Below, piece after piece: positions 51,335 to 60,989 of a stretch of 64,000 nt of DNA; position 1 is the stretch's first letter; each line of letters starts with the position of its first letter. This DNA comes from Alphaproteobacteria bacterium. Its GTDB lineage: Bacteria; Pseudomonadota; Alphaproteobacteria; MPNO01; UBA830. Where the stretch lies: positions 4,992,001 to 5,056,000 of the forward strand of contig OZ251539.1 of assembly GCA_965243135.1 (NCBI GenBank), read 5' to 3'. The notes below the pieces were generated by a model. It saw nothing but the letters and a program-made list of their open reading frames with translations. It ran no database searches and was not told the DNA's origin. A program made the translations under genes and the position numbers.

Positions 51335-53575
51335 GTGAAGGGCGTTGCCGGTCCCGTCGTCAAGGATCTCGTCCTGATCGGCGGCGGCCACAGCCATGTC
51401 GCCGTGCTTCGGAGTTTCGGCATGTCTTCCCTGCCCGGCGTGCGTCTGACGCTCATCTGCCGCGACGCGCATACGCCTTATTCAGGGATGCTGCCGGGCT
51501 ACGTCGCCGGTCATTACGACTACGACGAAGCGCATATCGATCTCGGCGCGTTGTCGCGCTTCGCCGGCGCCCGTTTCTTTCGCGCCGCGGCGACGGGGAT
51601 CGATCTTGGACGGAAGCGGGTGATCTGCGACGGCCGGCCGCCGGTGCCGTTCGATATCCTTTCCATCAACACGGGATCTTCGCCGGGCGCGGTTCCGGGC
51701 GCCGCGGGAGCGGCGATACCGATCAAGCCCATCGATACCTTCCTCGACGGTTGGCAGGCGCTCCGCGAGCGGGCGGCGAGCGGGCCGCTTCGCATCGCCG
51801 TAGTGGGCGCGGGGGCGGGCGGCGTCGAAATCCTCCTCGCTGTCCGGCACCGCCTGGCCGAAACGCGCGCGGCCGCGGGACGCTCGGCCGACGACATCGC
51901 GTTCCGGCTGTTCGGCGATTCCGACGAGCTCCTGCCCACCCACAGCGCATCGATGCGCCGGACCTTTCGCAACTTCCTGCGCCGATGCGGCGTCGCGGCC
52001 CATCTTGGCCATCCGGTCGTCGAAGTTTCGCCCGGCAAGTTGCGCGACGCGACCGGCGCGGCGTTCGAAGCCGACGAGATCATTTGGGCGACCGGCGCCA
52101 GCGCGCCGGAATGGCCGGCGAAGTCGGGGCTTGCGGTCGACGGGCGAGGCTTCGTCAGGGTCAAGGATACGCTGCAGTCGGTTTCTCATCCGGACGTATT
52201 CGCAGCGGGCGACATAGCGTCCATGGACGATCACCCGCGCCCCAAGTCCGGAGTGTTCGCGGTGCGCCAGGGGAAACCGCTCGCCCACAACCTGCGGCAC
52301 CGGCTGCTCGGCAGGCGCCTGCGGCGGTACCGGCCGCAGTCGAATTTCCTGAGCCTGATTTCCGTCGGCGAAAAACGCGCGATCGCGTCCTACGGACCGT
52401 TGTCGTTCGGAGGGGCGGCCGTATGGAAGTGGAAAGACTGGATCGACCGGCGTTTCATGGTCAAATACAACGATCCGCCTTTCGAGGAAGAGGCCGGCTT
52501 CCCGCCGGAAATCGACGGACCCGACGCTCTCGACGCGGTCTCCGACGACGCCATGCGTTGCGGCGGTTGCGGCGGAAAGATCGGCGCGACCATTCTCGAA
52601 CGCGCTCTCGGCAACCTTTCGACCGTGCAGCGCGAGGAGGTCGTGGTCGGCCTGCGCGAGCCGGACGACGCGGCGGTCGTGGCGCCGCCGGCCGGCAAGG
52701 TCATGGTCCACACCGTGGATTCCTTTCGCGCCATGGTCGACGATCCCTACGCGTTCGGGAAAATCGCCGCGAACCACAGTCTGGGCGACATCTACGCCAT
52801 GGGCGCGACGCCGCAGACCGCGCTGGCGATCGCCAATCTGCCTTACGGCGCCGCATCCAAGGTCGAGGACACGCTGACCCAGATGATGTCGGGCGCCGTC
52901 GAGATCCTGAACGACGCCGGCTGCGTCCTCGTGGGCGGACACACCGCCGAGGGCGCGGAGCTGTCGCTCGGCTTCGCGATCAACGGCACGGTCGACAGGG
53001 AAAGAGTCATGCGCAAGGGCGGCCTTCGTCCGGGCGACGCGCTACTGATCACCAAGCCGGTCGGCACGGGCACGCTCTTCGCCGCGGACATGAGGTGCCG
53101 GGCCAAGGGACGATGGATCGCCGCCGCGCTCTCTCACATGGCGCAATCGAACCGGGAAGCGGCCGAGTGCCTGTTCGAACACGGCGCCACCGCGGTCACG
53201 GACGTCACCGGGTTCGGGCTGATCGGCCATCTGATGGAAATGCTGCGGTCGTCGGGCCTGGAGGCGACGATCAGCCTCGGCTCCGTCCCCGTAATGGACG
53301 GCGCCGAAGAAACGGTCGCGGCGGGAATGCTTTCGTCGCTGCAACCGCAGAATGCGCGGCTGCGGGACGCGGTCCGCGGGACGGCGGTCGCCCACCCCCG
53401 ATTCCCGCTCCTGTTCGACCCGCAGACGGCGGGCGGACTGCTGGCCGGCGTGCCGCCGGACCGGACCGCGGACTGCGTCGCGGCGCTGCGGGACCGCGGC
53501 TACGCGCGCGCTTCGATCATCGGCGACGTCGGAAAACCGTCGGGCCGTCCGGAGCCGATCGCCGTCGAACCGTGA
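51335..53575 (+). CDS. selD: Selenide, water dikinase fused to an N-terminal FAD-dependent oxidoreductase domain
   Basis: GGGHSH, YSGMLPG, PKSGVFAVRQG; then MRCGGCGGK, DDAA, NHSLGDIYAMG, TDVTGFGLIGHL and DPQTAGGLL. Confidence 0.92.
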   Translation: MKGVAGPVVKDLVLIGGGHSHVAVLRSFGMSSLPGVRLTLICRDAHTPYSGMLPGYVAGHYDYDEAHIDLGALSRFAGARFFRAAATGIDLGRKRVICDGRPPVPFDILSINTGSSPGAVPGAAGAAIPIKPIDTFLDGWQALRERAASGPLRIAVVGAGAGGVEILLAVRHRLAETRAAAGRSADDIAFRLFGDSDELLPTHSASMRRTFRNFLRRCGVAAHLGHPVVEVSPGKLRDATGAAFEADEIIWATGASAPEWPAKSGLAVDGRGFVRVKDTLQSVSHPDVFAAGDIASMDDHPRPKSGVFAVRQGKPLAHNLRHRLLGRRLRRYRPQSNFLSLISVGEKRAIASYGPLSFGGAAVWKWKDWIDRRFMVKYNDPPFEEEAGFPPEIDGPDALDAVSDDAMRCGGCGGKIGATILERALGNLSTVQREEVVVGLREPDDAAVVAPPAGKVMVHTVDSFRAMVDDPYAFGKIAANHSLGDIYAMGATPQTALAIANLPYGAASKVEDTLTQMMSGAVEILNDAGCVLVGGHTAEGAELSLGFAINGTVDRERVMRKGGLRPGDALLITKPVGTGTLFAADMRCRAKGRWIAAALSHMAQSNREAAECLFEHGATAVTDVTGFGLIGHLMEMLRSSGLEATISLGSVPVMDGAEETVAAGMLSSLQPQNARLRDAVRGTAVAHPRFPLLFDPQTAGGLLAGVPPDRTADCVAALRDRGYARASIIGDVGKPSGRPEPIAVEP

Positions 53576-53645
53576 AGCTCCATGCCTTGACGGCGACGCG
53601 GAGCGTGGGGCAGGTTCCGGGCGCTGCAGCAAGGAGCGAACCGTC

Positions 53646-54947
53646 ATGCGCGGATGGGTGCAGGAAGATTACGGACAACTGGTCGAACCCGGCCGGGTTC
53701 ACCGCCGGGTCTACACGGATCCCGACATCTTCGAGATGGAGATGGAGCGCATCTTCGGTCGCGCATGGATCTTCGTCGGCCACGACAGCATGATCCCCGA
53801 ACCGGGCGACTACGTAACCGCGGAAATCGGTCGGCAGCCGGTTATCCTGGTCCGCAACAAGGACGGCATGCCGCGGGTGCTGCTGAACCGCTGCGCCCAT
53901 CGAGGCGCCAAGGTCTGCAACGAGCTCCGGGGCAACGCGCGGCAATTCACCTGCCTGTATCACGGCTGGAGCTACGACACCGACGGCAGGCTCGTCGGCG
54001 TGACCATGCCGGAAGGAAGCGCGGGGGATTTCAAGCCCAACCGGTTCGGCCTCGCCCAGGCTCCGGGAGTCGGCCATTATCGCGGCTTCATCTTCGCCAG
54101 CCTCGCGCCCAAAGGATCCGGGTTCGACGAGTTTCTCGGATTGATGAAAGCCAATATCGACGATCTCGTCGACCGGGCGCCCGACGGCGAAATCCTGCTC
54201 GACGCAGGAAGGCATCGTTACAGCTATCGCGGCAACTGGAAGCTGCAGATCGAGAACGTTCTCGACTCCTATCACGTGCCTTTCAGCCACGCATCGACCG
54301 TCAACAGCAAAGGCGAGCAGTTCTCCCGGCGCGAGGGCGACGCGAAGGGCGCCGCCGTGATCGACCGGACGAAGGACAAGACCGCGGATTCCTGGAAGGG
54401 ACGGCGCTCCTACGCCGTCAGCTTCGGACACGGCTGGACCAGCAAGACCGACCTCGACGACAAGGGCCGGTCGAGCCCCGCCTACGACGCCTACAAGGCG
54501 GCGCTCGCCGCCAAGGCCGGGCAAGAACGGATGGAGGAGATCCTCACGCCGCGGTTCCACAACTCGCTGATCTATCCGAGCTGCTCGGTGATGGGCCTCA
54601 ACATCCACGTGCGCGTCGTCAGGCCGGTGGCGGTCGACCGCACCGAGGTGATCGTCTATCCGATCCGCCTCAAGGGCGCGCCGGACGAGATGAATACCCG
54701 AAACGTCCGGCTGCTCAACGTCACGCATTCCGCCGCCTCCTTCGTGCAGACCGACGATCTCGAGTCCTTTCGCCGAACGCAGGAAGGGCTGCGCAGCCTG
54801 CAGTCCGACTGGGTGGACATCTCGCGCGGCCTCGGTGAGGAAAAACAGGATCCGCGATGCAACGCGACCACTGAGTCGGCGATGCACGAAATGACGGTCC
54901 GCGCCCAGTACGCAGCCTGGCGATATTACATGTCGGGCGGCGCTTGA
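53646..54947 (+). CDS. Rieske aromatic ring-hydroxylating dioxygenase alpha subunit
   Basis: NRCAHRG...CLYHGW, NWK...EN..D.YH...H and DD.E motifs. Confidence 0.93.
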   Translation: MRGWVQEDYGQLVEPGRVHRRVYTDPDIFEMEMERIFGRAWIFVGHDSMIPEPGDYVTAEIGRQPVILVRNKDGMPRVLLNRCAHRGAKVCNELRGNARQFTCLYHGWSYDTDGRLVGVTMPEGSAGDFKPNRFGLAQAPGVGHYRGFIFASLAPKGSGFDEFLGLMKANIDDLVDRAPDGEILLDAGRHRYSYRGNWKLQIENVLDSYHVPFSHASTVNSKGEQFSRREGDAKGAAVIDRTKDKTADSWKGRRSYAVSFGHGWTSKTDLDDKGRSSPAYDAYKAALAAKAGQERMEEILTPRFHNSLIYPSCSVMGLNIHVRVVRPVAVDRTEVIVYPIRLKGAPDEMNTRNVRLLNVTHSAASFVQTDDLESFRRTQEGLRSLQSDWVDISRGLGEEKQDPRCNATTESAMHEMTVRAQYAAWRYYMSGGA

Positions 54948-55459
54948 TGGACGTTTTCGCTCTCTCCGACGGTTCGGGGAGCGTTCCGGGCGTCGATCGG
55001 GAGCCGTTCGAGCTGTTTCTGATTCACGAGGCGCGGCTTCTGGACGACCGGCGGTTCGAAGACTGGATGGCGCTGTTTACCGAGGACGGGCTGTATTGGG
55101 TGCCGGCCTCGCCCGACCAGGCGGATCCGCATGGCAGCGCCTCGCTGTTCTTCGACGACCGGGAATTGATGAAGACGCGCATCGAACGCCTCCGGCATCC
55201 TCTGATCCACGTCCAGACTCCGCCGTCCCGCACCAATCACATGTTGGGCAATATCGTGGTCGAAGAGGCGACACCGGACGGGTATCTGGTCAGTTCTTCC
55301 GTATGGGTGGCCGAATACAGGCTGGATGCGCAACGCGTCTTTGCCGGGCGCCAGTTCCACCGCCTGCGGGAGGACGGGGAAGGTTTCAGGATCGCTCTCA
55401 AGCGCGTCCACCTCGTGAACTGCGATTCGGCCTTCGAGGCGCTGGCCGTTCCGATATAG
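54947..55459 (+). CDS. Ring-hydroxylating dioxygenase beta subunit
   Basis: EARLLDDRRF..W..LF, YWVP, Q.PPSRT.H and K.V.LVNCD motifs. Confidence 0.92.
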   Translation: MDVFALSDGSGSVPGVDREPFELFLIHEARLLDDRRFEDWMALFTEDGLYWVPASPDQADPHGSASLFFDDRELMKTRIERLRHPLIHVQTPPSRTNHMLGNIVVEEATPDGYLVSSSVWVAEYRLDAQRVFAGRQFHRLREDGEGFRIALKRVHLVNCDSAFEALAVPI

Positions 55460-55727
55460 CTTGCTGCGGGCAGCTATCGTGCGCGCGGCGCGGTGCGGAA
55501 ATCGGCGGTCACACTGGACTTATGCAAGAGCATCCAGGCCACGCGACCGGGCTGGCGCTTCTTTCCGTCACCAGTCAGCGCGGCTCGGTCAAGCTTGTGA
55601 TCGCTCGGATAGCGTGCGCATCCTGGATCGCACGCCAGGCTTTCGCCGACGACGTGCCGTTTCCGCAAGGGCTTCGTCGCTACGAACGATTCCAGCGGCG
55701 TCGGTCCAAGCAGGGGTGGTTTCCCGT

Positions 55728-56213
55728 TCATTGGCTCAATGTCTTCCGCAAGTCCTTCATGAGCAAGAACAGGTGATGGGGAACCGTGGGACTCGGCTCG
55801 AATTCCAAGGCTTCGTACCATGCCCGCGCCTCTTCGTCCTTGGCATGGACGAGGAGCGACGCCGACGATGTCGGCGGCCGTGGCGGTTCTGAGCAGAGCA
55901 TCCTCGACGAGCGCCTTGCCCAAGCCGCGCCCTTGACAGGTTCGGTCGATCGCGAGACGAGCGAGGGGCAACACCGGAACCGCATGCTTGGCCAACCCTT
56001 TGCCGATAGGCGCAGAGGCATGCTCCACCGCTCCCGTCGCGAGGCTGTAGTAACCAAGCACTGCGGATTCCCGGCAGACGACATAAGTCCGGGCGCTTTC
56101 GGCCTTCCGACTCGCCAGCGCGAACCGCTTCAGAAAACGGTTGAGCGGTTCCTTCCCGCAATCATCTCGCGTTGCCTCGAGTTTCTCGACCGATCCCCAT
56201 GCTCCGATATCAC
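55728..56213 (-). pseudogene. GNAT acetyltransferase toxin (TacT/AtaT-like), frameshifted
   Basis: Pieces DCGKEPLNRFLKRFA, GYYSLA, LARLAIDR..QGRGLGKAL and LVHAKDEEARAWYE in different frames. Confidence 0.8.
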
Positions 56214-56485
56214 TCCAGTACGCTCTTCTCAGCGAGCAATCGGGCCAAGCGCGGCTTGCCGACGACCGGGCGGTCGAGAATATCCCGGAAGGTTCGCCAC
56301 CGCCGTTCGTCGAGGCGGAACATCCGACGGTCGATCAGGGCGTCCTCGGCAGCGTTGATTCCTGCCTCGAGCAGAAACTCCGCAACGCTCTTGCGCGACG
56401 ATGCCGCAGCTTGCTGCAGCAACGCCTTTGTGCCCGGGGTGGCCCGAACCTCTATGTGCTCCGACTTGTTTTCGGCGATGGCCAC
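56210..56485 (-). CDS. DUF1778 (TacA-like) antitoxin
   Basis: KSEHIEVR.T...K.LLQQAA.....V.EFLL...F.LD...W..F...LD.P; GGAGG RBS before the GTG. Confidence 0.85.
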   Translation of the reverse strand: MAIAENKSEHIEVRATPGTKALLQQAAASSRKSVAEFLLEAGINAAEDALIDRRMFRLDERRWRTFRDILDRPVVGKPRLARLLAEKSVLE

Positions 56486-56636
56486 GAACGTTCCTCCAAT
56501 CGGCTCGGTCGGCATTCTACAATACGGATACTGTACGGACAATAGCTCGTCGACTCGATTTCGATTCACCTTCCTCCTTCCTCTAACCGTTCAGTGTTCG
56601 AATCTGAAACTGACGGCTCGGTACAAAATAATGACT

Positions 56637-57701
56637 TTATTGATCAGTAAGATGTTCTAGATGCAAAACTCTCTCCCTAATTTCAATATTCTCTTGGCGC
56701 AACTTTTCATTTTCTCGTACAAGCTCGTTAATTTTATCATACATTACCTTCGAGGTTGCGTCCATTTTTTCTGTGTTGGTGATTGTTTTTTCTGTAACTA
56801 ACTCTATTTTCTTCCTAATCTCTGGAACTAGGGAATTGTATATTCCAGTTACGTTGCTATAAAATCCTCGAAAAAGAACAAAAACAGCGACTAAAAATGC
56901 CGCTATAGCAACTATACTATATCCTTGAATCTTCTTGACAGTTTTCGCAAATTTCTCCGCCTTTTCCTCAGATTTTCTTGCGCTTTTTTCGGCACTACTT
57001 GCCACTAATGGAATAGAGCTTCGAATTGGGACTTCAGCCTTATTTTCGTCAAACTGTCTGGCGGCCTTATTTATATAGTCACGAATATCGTCCCAAAATT
57101 TCTTGTCTTCTTTATAAAGAGCTTTTTGGCCGAGTTTCCCGGAGCTAGACGTCTTTGTCAATTCTACCCAAATGAGGCCTTCGTTTCTCGGTATAGCGTA
57201 GTCTTCATCCGTTAAATTGTGGAGGGGAATGCATAATTTCCCCCAAAATCCCGGGTCAACTAATGGTCCAGTCCCCAATAAAATACCTCGGTGCACATGC
57301 CGGATTTGAAGATTGAACCTCATCGCAATGAAGTTAGGAAGACGAAAATCTAGATCACATTCTACAAAGACTATAGAATTAGCTTTGACTATGAGATCCT
57401 TATCTCCTAATACTCTTTCTAACTTACCTTTGTCATTATATTTGTAGGCGTGACGGCCGATACGCCCTTCGTAAGATGCCTTCTTTAATCGCGATTTTTC
57501 CCTACCACCACAATAGAATGGTGAAATTGCTCCCGTTTTGTCTACATACTTCATTATTTCATCAGCAGAAAGAAGTGCAGGTTCGACATCCGGAAAAGGA
57601 TCTACTTGACCAGAATTTATAAAATCATTCGCCCGTCGTTCTCCGTCACTCCTGTCCAGTATTTTTTGATCCCTACTATTCTTGGTATTCATATCAGACA
57701 T
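56637..57701 (-). CDS. dCTP deaminase/dUTPase-fold protein with degenerate active site, C-terminal TM helix and coiled coil
   Basis: LLS..EI...G.ISPF, ASYEGRIG, RLP and VDPGF.G.L...HN match the Dcd fold. The RSS motif is replaced by QIR and the catalytic Glu by Pro. TM helix YSIVAIAAFLVAVFVLF. The gene is AT-rich. Confidence 0.75.
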   Translation of the reverse strand: MSDMNTKNSRDQKILDRSDGERRANDFINSGQVDPFPDVEPALLSADEIMKYVDKTGAISPFYCGGREKSRLKKASYEGRIGRHAYKYNDKGKLERVLGDKDLIVKANSIVFVECDLDFRLPNFIAMRFNLQIRHVHRGILLGTGPLVDPGFWGKLCIPLHNLTDEDYAIPRNEGLIWVELTKTSSSGKLGQKALYKEDKKFWDDIRDYINKAARQFDENKAEVPIRSSIPLVASSAEKSARKSEEKAEKFAKTVKKIQGYSIVAIAAFLVAVFVLFRGFYSNVTGIYNSLVPEIRKKIELVTEKTITNTEKMDATSKVMYDKINELVRENEKLRQENIEIRERVLHLEHLTDQ

Positions 57702-58732
57702 ATCTCCGATTCGATGATTCTAGATCCAGAAAATCCGCACCAATCAACTTTTTTACCAATATCTAATTCAATTCGATCAATGAATTTTCTAAGACCGCTG
57801 TTCGGATTCTTAATGTCTTGCTCCACGCCAACATAATCGAGATGATTCAAAACCAGTCGATTCGGCGTGTTGACATCAAGAGCGCGTTTTACGATTTCGG
57901 AATTAAAATAGCCAACCCTGCGCAATTTTCCGGTAACGGTCGTATATTCGCGCAAATCACTTTGGCATTCGATTTTACTGGCGATTTCTTCCCATGTCGT
58001 TTCCTCGGGAAGAGGACCGGAATCCCCGGCAACCCGGATCGGATAAGAGCGAATGACCATTGTGATATCATCGACATCCATGGGGCTCAATCCGGCTTCC
58101 GACAGAGCGCCGGCGGCTGTAGTAGATCGAGAAGTTGCTTTAGGCCAGTAACCGCCTTCGAGCAAAGAAAGCCCGAAACCCTGCGTGCCTTCTATGACGA
58201 CGCGGTTCCCGCTCTCGATTCGCTCGCGAAGATAACTCGATGTATCTTTGACATAACTCTCCAATCGAGCGTGATCTTCTGCAAACGCCGAGCGCAAAGG
58301 GAAATTCGCCGCTTCGCGAGCGACGGAAGCCATGACCGCGGCGCCCACGCCCGATCCGGTGGAGCCGATCGTTTCCGTCAATCCTGCTGCCTTCTCCCAT
58401 TCCCGATGTTCCGCCCTGATGATATGGGCGTAAGCGCTGACATGAATGCGATCCCGCGGATAATCGAGCTTTTCGATCTCGGTCAGCAGCACATCGACAT
58501 CGATATAAGATCCCGCCGGCAGCACCACATCAACATTCCCGTCGACGCAAGCGGCCGGAAGCTGGCGCAAAACGTGCTTCGTTCCCGATCTATCGTAAGC
58601 CGTATGCCCGGAATTAGGCCCCCCGACGCGCACCGCGACAGCCGGGGCTCTTGAGCGCCTCACTATTTCCAAGGCTACCTTTCCCTTGCCCTCCGAGCCG
58701 AACTGACCCCCGATCACGATCGAAACAGGCAT
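57689..58732 (-). CDS. Adenylosuccinate synthetase-like protein, PurZ/PurZ0-type
   Basis: GGQFGSEGKGK, GGPNSGHT, IGSTGSGVG, IEGTQG, PIRVAGDSGP, EYTTVTGKLRRVG and LNHLDY motifs; short, 347 aa. Confidence 0.85.
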   Translation of the reverse strand: MPVSIVIGGQFGSEGKGKVALEIVRRSRAPAVAVRVGGPNSGHTAYDRSGTKHVLRQLPAACVDGNVDVVLPAGSYIDVDVLLTEIEKLDYPRDRIHVSAYAHIIRAEHREWEKAAGLTETIGSTGSGVGAAVMASVAREAANFPLRSAFAEDHARLESYVKDTSSYLRERIESGNRVVIEGTQGFGLSLLEGGYWPKATSRSTTAAGALSEAGLSPMDVDDITMVIRSYPIRVAGDSGPLPEETTWEEIASKIECQSDLREYTTVTGKLRRVGYFNSEIVKRALDVNTPNRLVLNHLDYVGVEQDIKNPNSGLRKFIDRIELDIGKKVDWCGFSGSRIIESEICLI

Positions 58733-60636
58733 GGTTCCGTTCCCTTGTCCTGAATGCGCCCAGCATATCGTTCGATATCCGACATGTCGCCATCATTGAC
58801 GAAAATATCATGCGCAGATGACATCAGCTCGCCGACCCTTCTTTCGACTTCCGCGTTCGATGTCTTGTCGAAGCCGACATCGCCGTCGCGCAGGTCGAAT
58901 CTCATGCGCCGCGTCTTTTCCGGCGCGTCAATGTACACATGAAAAAAGCGAACCCCGAACCGCTCGACCATAAAAGCGTTGTCGTCCGGAAACCGCAAGC
59001 CGTCGACAACGATCTTCTCGGCGGCGCCTGCCAGCTTGATCGTCTGTTCGTTCAACCAACGCTGACGCCCGGAGGCATTGATTTCCTCGCCGAGCGTCTG
59101 CCGATTGGATCGGGTAAGCGGACGATTTTCTGCCTTCAGCATGTCGTCCAGAACCAGACTGAACCGCGTATATGAGAATCCCTTGCGCTCCAGTATGCGT
59201 GCAAGGGTGGTTTTGCCGGCGGCGATAGGTCCGCTGACGCCGACCACTACAGCCGTTGGTTCCCTTTCGAGCCGCGGAATGATGAGGGGCGGTTCTTCTT
59301 CGGTTCCAAGCGCCTCCGACATGCCGGCCATATGAAACGTGCCGACGAGAGCCGACGTGATCGCGTCGAGTTCGTCATGGGTTACCTTCTGTGTTTCGAA
59401 AGCGCCGGTTATTCCGAATTCCCGCAACCCCGCTTTCAGCCACTCCTCTCCGGCGCCTTTGCGCGGAATGCGCATGATGTCCTGGGCAGCGCCGGGATAG
59501 CTTTCGATCACCGGTATGCCGCGTTCGCGGAACGTCCGCGCGAGCCGCATGCCCCTCGCCGTCAACTTCTGCATGCTTTGAATGAGACAGGGATAGACGT
59601 TCACCCCGCGTCGCTTGAGCACGCGTTCGGATTGGCGCATGATTCCAAATTCCGCCCGCCCCGGATCGTCGTCCTCCACCGAAATGCGTCCCGCGGGAAG
59701 ACACAGGGGAGAATCGATCGAGACGATGTGCGGAAGGGCGCGACTCGTCTTTTCGATCAGGTCTTCGTCCGAGGACACCAAGGCCACGCAGGCCTCGCGT
59801 CCGTGAAGCAGACACCAGCCGCTGGGTCGTTCCTCTGCGCCTGTAAGATCGATGCCGACGACCCGCAGATCCGCGAATGCGTCATCGAACAGATCTTTGA
59901 AGTGCGAACGCTTCGCGGTGAACGCGGCGGGCGGCGGCGACGCCTTTGGCAAATTTCTCCAGCCCGAAGGGGCCGACCAATCGACAAAGCATGTATTTTC
60001 AACGAACATATCCGATTGTCCGCCTATGCGGGACACGGCCTCGTCGAAAATCGCCCCCATTGCCGCGATGTCGATTCGATTGTAGTGAATCAGTTTATGT
60101 AATGCGTTCCGATCTCCACGAACGTATTTGTGCCACAACAAAACCGCTTCAGCCCCGTCCATTTCCGGCAGTTCGTCCCGCAAATCGACGCCGATCTCCT
60201 TTTCGATAGCTTTCTGGCCTCCTGTCAGACCAACTCGCCTGCAAAGATACATGAGATCGACATGCGTTTCCGGAAATACGACTTCTGGGTATTCCTTCTT
60301 GATGAATTTTGCGTCGAAGCGGATCCCGTTAAAGGTCACCAGCGCCTTTGCGCGGCTCGCATCTTCATGTAACGGGGTAGGATCTTGTCCTTTGATGATC
60401 GTCTTGGCGGTTCCTTCAAAAGACCATCCGATGACGGTAATTTCGTCGTAGTAATGGCTGAGGCCTGTCGTCTCTATATCCAAGAATAGAACGAGTTCTG
60501 GGAATGAAGCGCAAACGCCGAGCTGACGACGCAACTTCCGTGGGATCGTCTTCTTCCCTTTTCCGGTTTTGCGCTCCGTTATCGGGCTGCGTGAATCTCG
60601 GGGGTCTGCAATTGCGGTGCCGCTCATCCTCTTCAT
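58714..60636 (-). CDS. Fusion of YprB-like (RNase_H_2) DEDD exonuclease, DUF429 RNase H-fold nuclease and P-loop nucleotide kinase
   Basis: Exonuclease: FLDIETTG, TFNG..FD, YNRID. DUF429: GIDL, IDSPL, ESYPG, DELDA. Kinase: GPIAAGKTT, VVDGLR. Confidence 0.85.
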   Translation of the reverse strand: MKRMSGTAIADPRDSRSPITERKTGKGKKTIPRKLRRQLGVCASFPELVLFLDIETTGLSHYYDEITVIGWSFEGTAKTIIKGQDPTPLHEDASRAKALVTFNGIRFDAKFIKKEYPEVVFPETHVDLMYLCRRVGLTGGQKAIEKEIGVDLRDELPEMDGAEAVLLWHKYVRGDRNALHKLIHYNRIDIAAMGAIFDEAVSRIGGQSDMFVENTCFVDWSAPSGWRNLPKASPPPAAFTAKRSHFKDLFDDAFADLRVVGIDLTGAEERPSGWCLLHGREACVALVSSDEDLIEKTSRALPHIVSIDSPLCLPAGRISVEDDDPGRAEFGIMRQSERVLKRRGVNVYPCLIQSMQKLTARGMRLARTFRERGIPVIESYPGAAQDIMRIPRKGAGEEWLKAGLREFGITGAFETQKVTHDELDAITSALVGTFHMAGMSEALGTEEEPPLIIPRLEREPTAVVVGVSGPIAAGKTTLARILERKGFSYTRFSLVLDDMLKAENRPLTRSNRQTLGEEINASGRQRWLNEQTIKLAGAAEKIVVDGLRFPDDNAFMVERFGVRFFHVYIDAPEKTRRMRFDLRDGDVGFDKTSNAEVERRVGELMSSAHDIFVNDGDMSDIERYAGRIQDKGTEPCLFRS

Positions 60637-60989
60637 GCCGTCACCTTCCGAGCGATCCGTGCGCCTGACGGCTTCCGTTCACCGATTTCCTCATTCGCAT
60701 GCCAAGTCTGCTGACAAATCCAGACTCGCCGGAAGATTCCGCCTTGTGCCGACGAACGTCATCAGGCCGCCGACTCGATGCTCCGCCTCGCCCCGGTTGT
60801 CCAGCATGTCATTATTAGCCTTCGCCGTTCCGATGCAAACCGTTTCCGGCCGTTTCCCCTCGGTATCTTGATCCGGGGAACGCCTCGGTCGCCCAGCCTC
60901 TTGCTTCCAGTCTACCAACTGTCGAGAATGACGGGTATGCTTGAACTTGTAAAACGGTATCCACAGCCAGCTTTGAGGAACGACCTACA

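Noticed and set aside
51335-53575. Selenocysteine recoding in selD
   Set aside because: The active-site motif is Cys-encoded (CGGCGGK), with no in-frame TGA.
57689-58732. Housekeeping purA, or a prophage Z-genome cluster
   Set aside because: The catalytic Asp is replaced by Ser and the gene sits in an accessory island. No phage structural genes, datZ, mazZ or dpoZ lie nearby.
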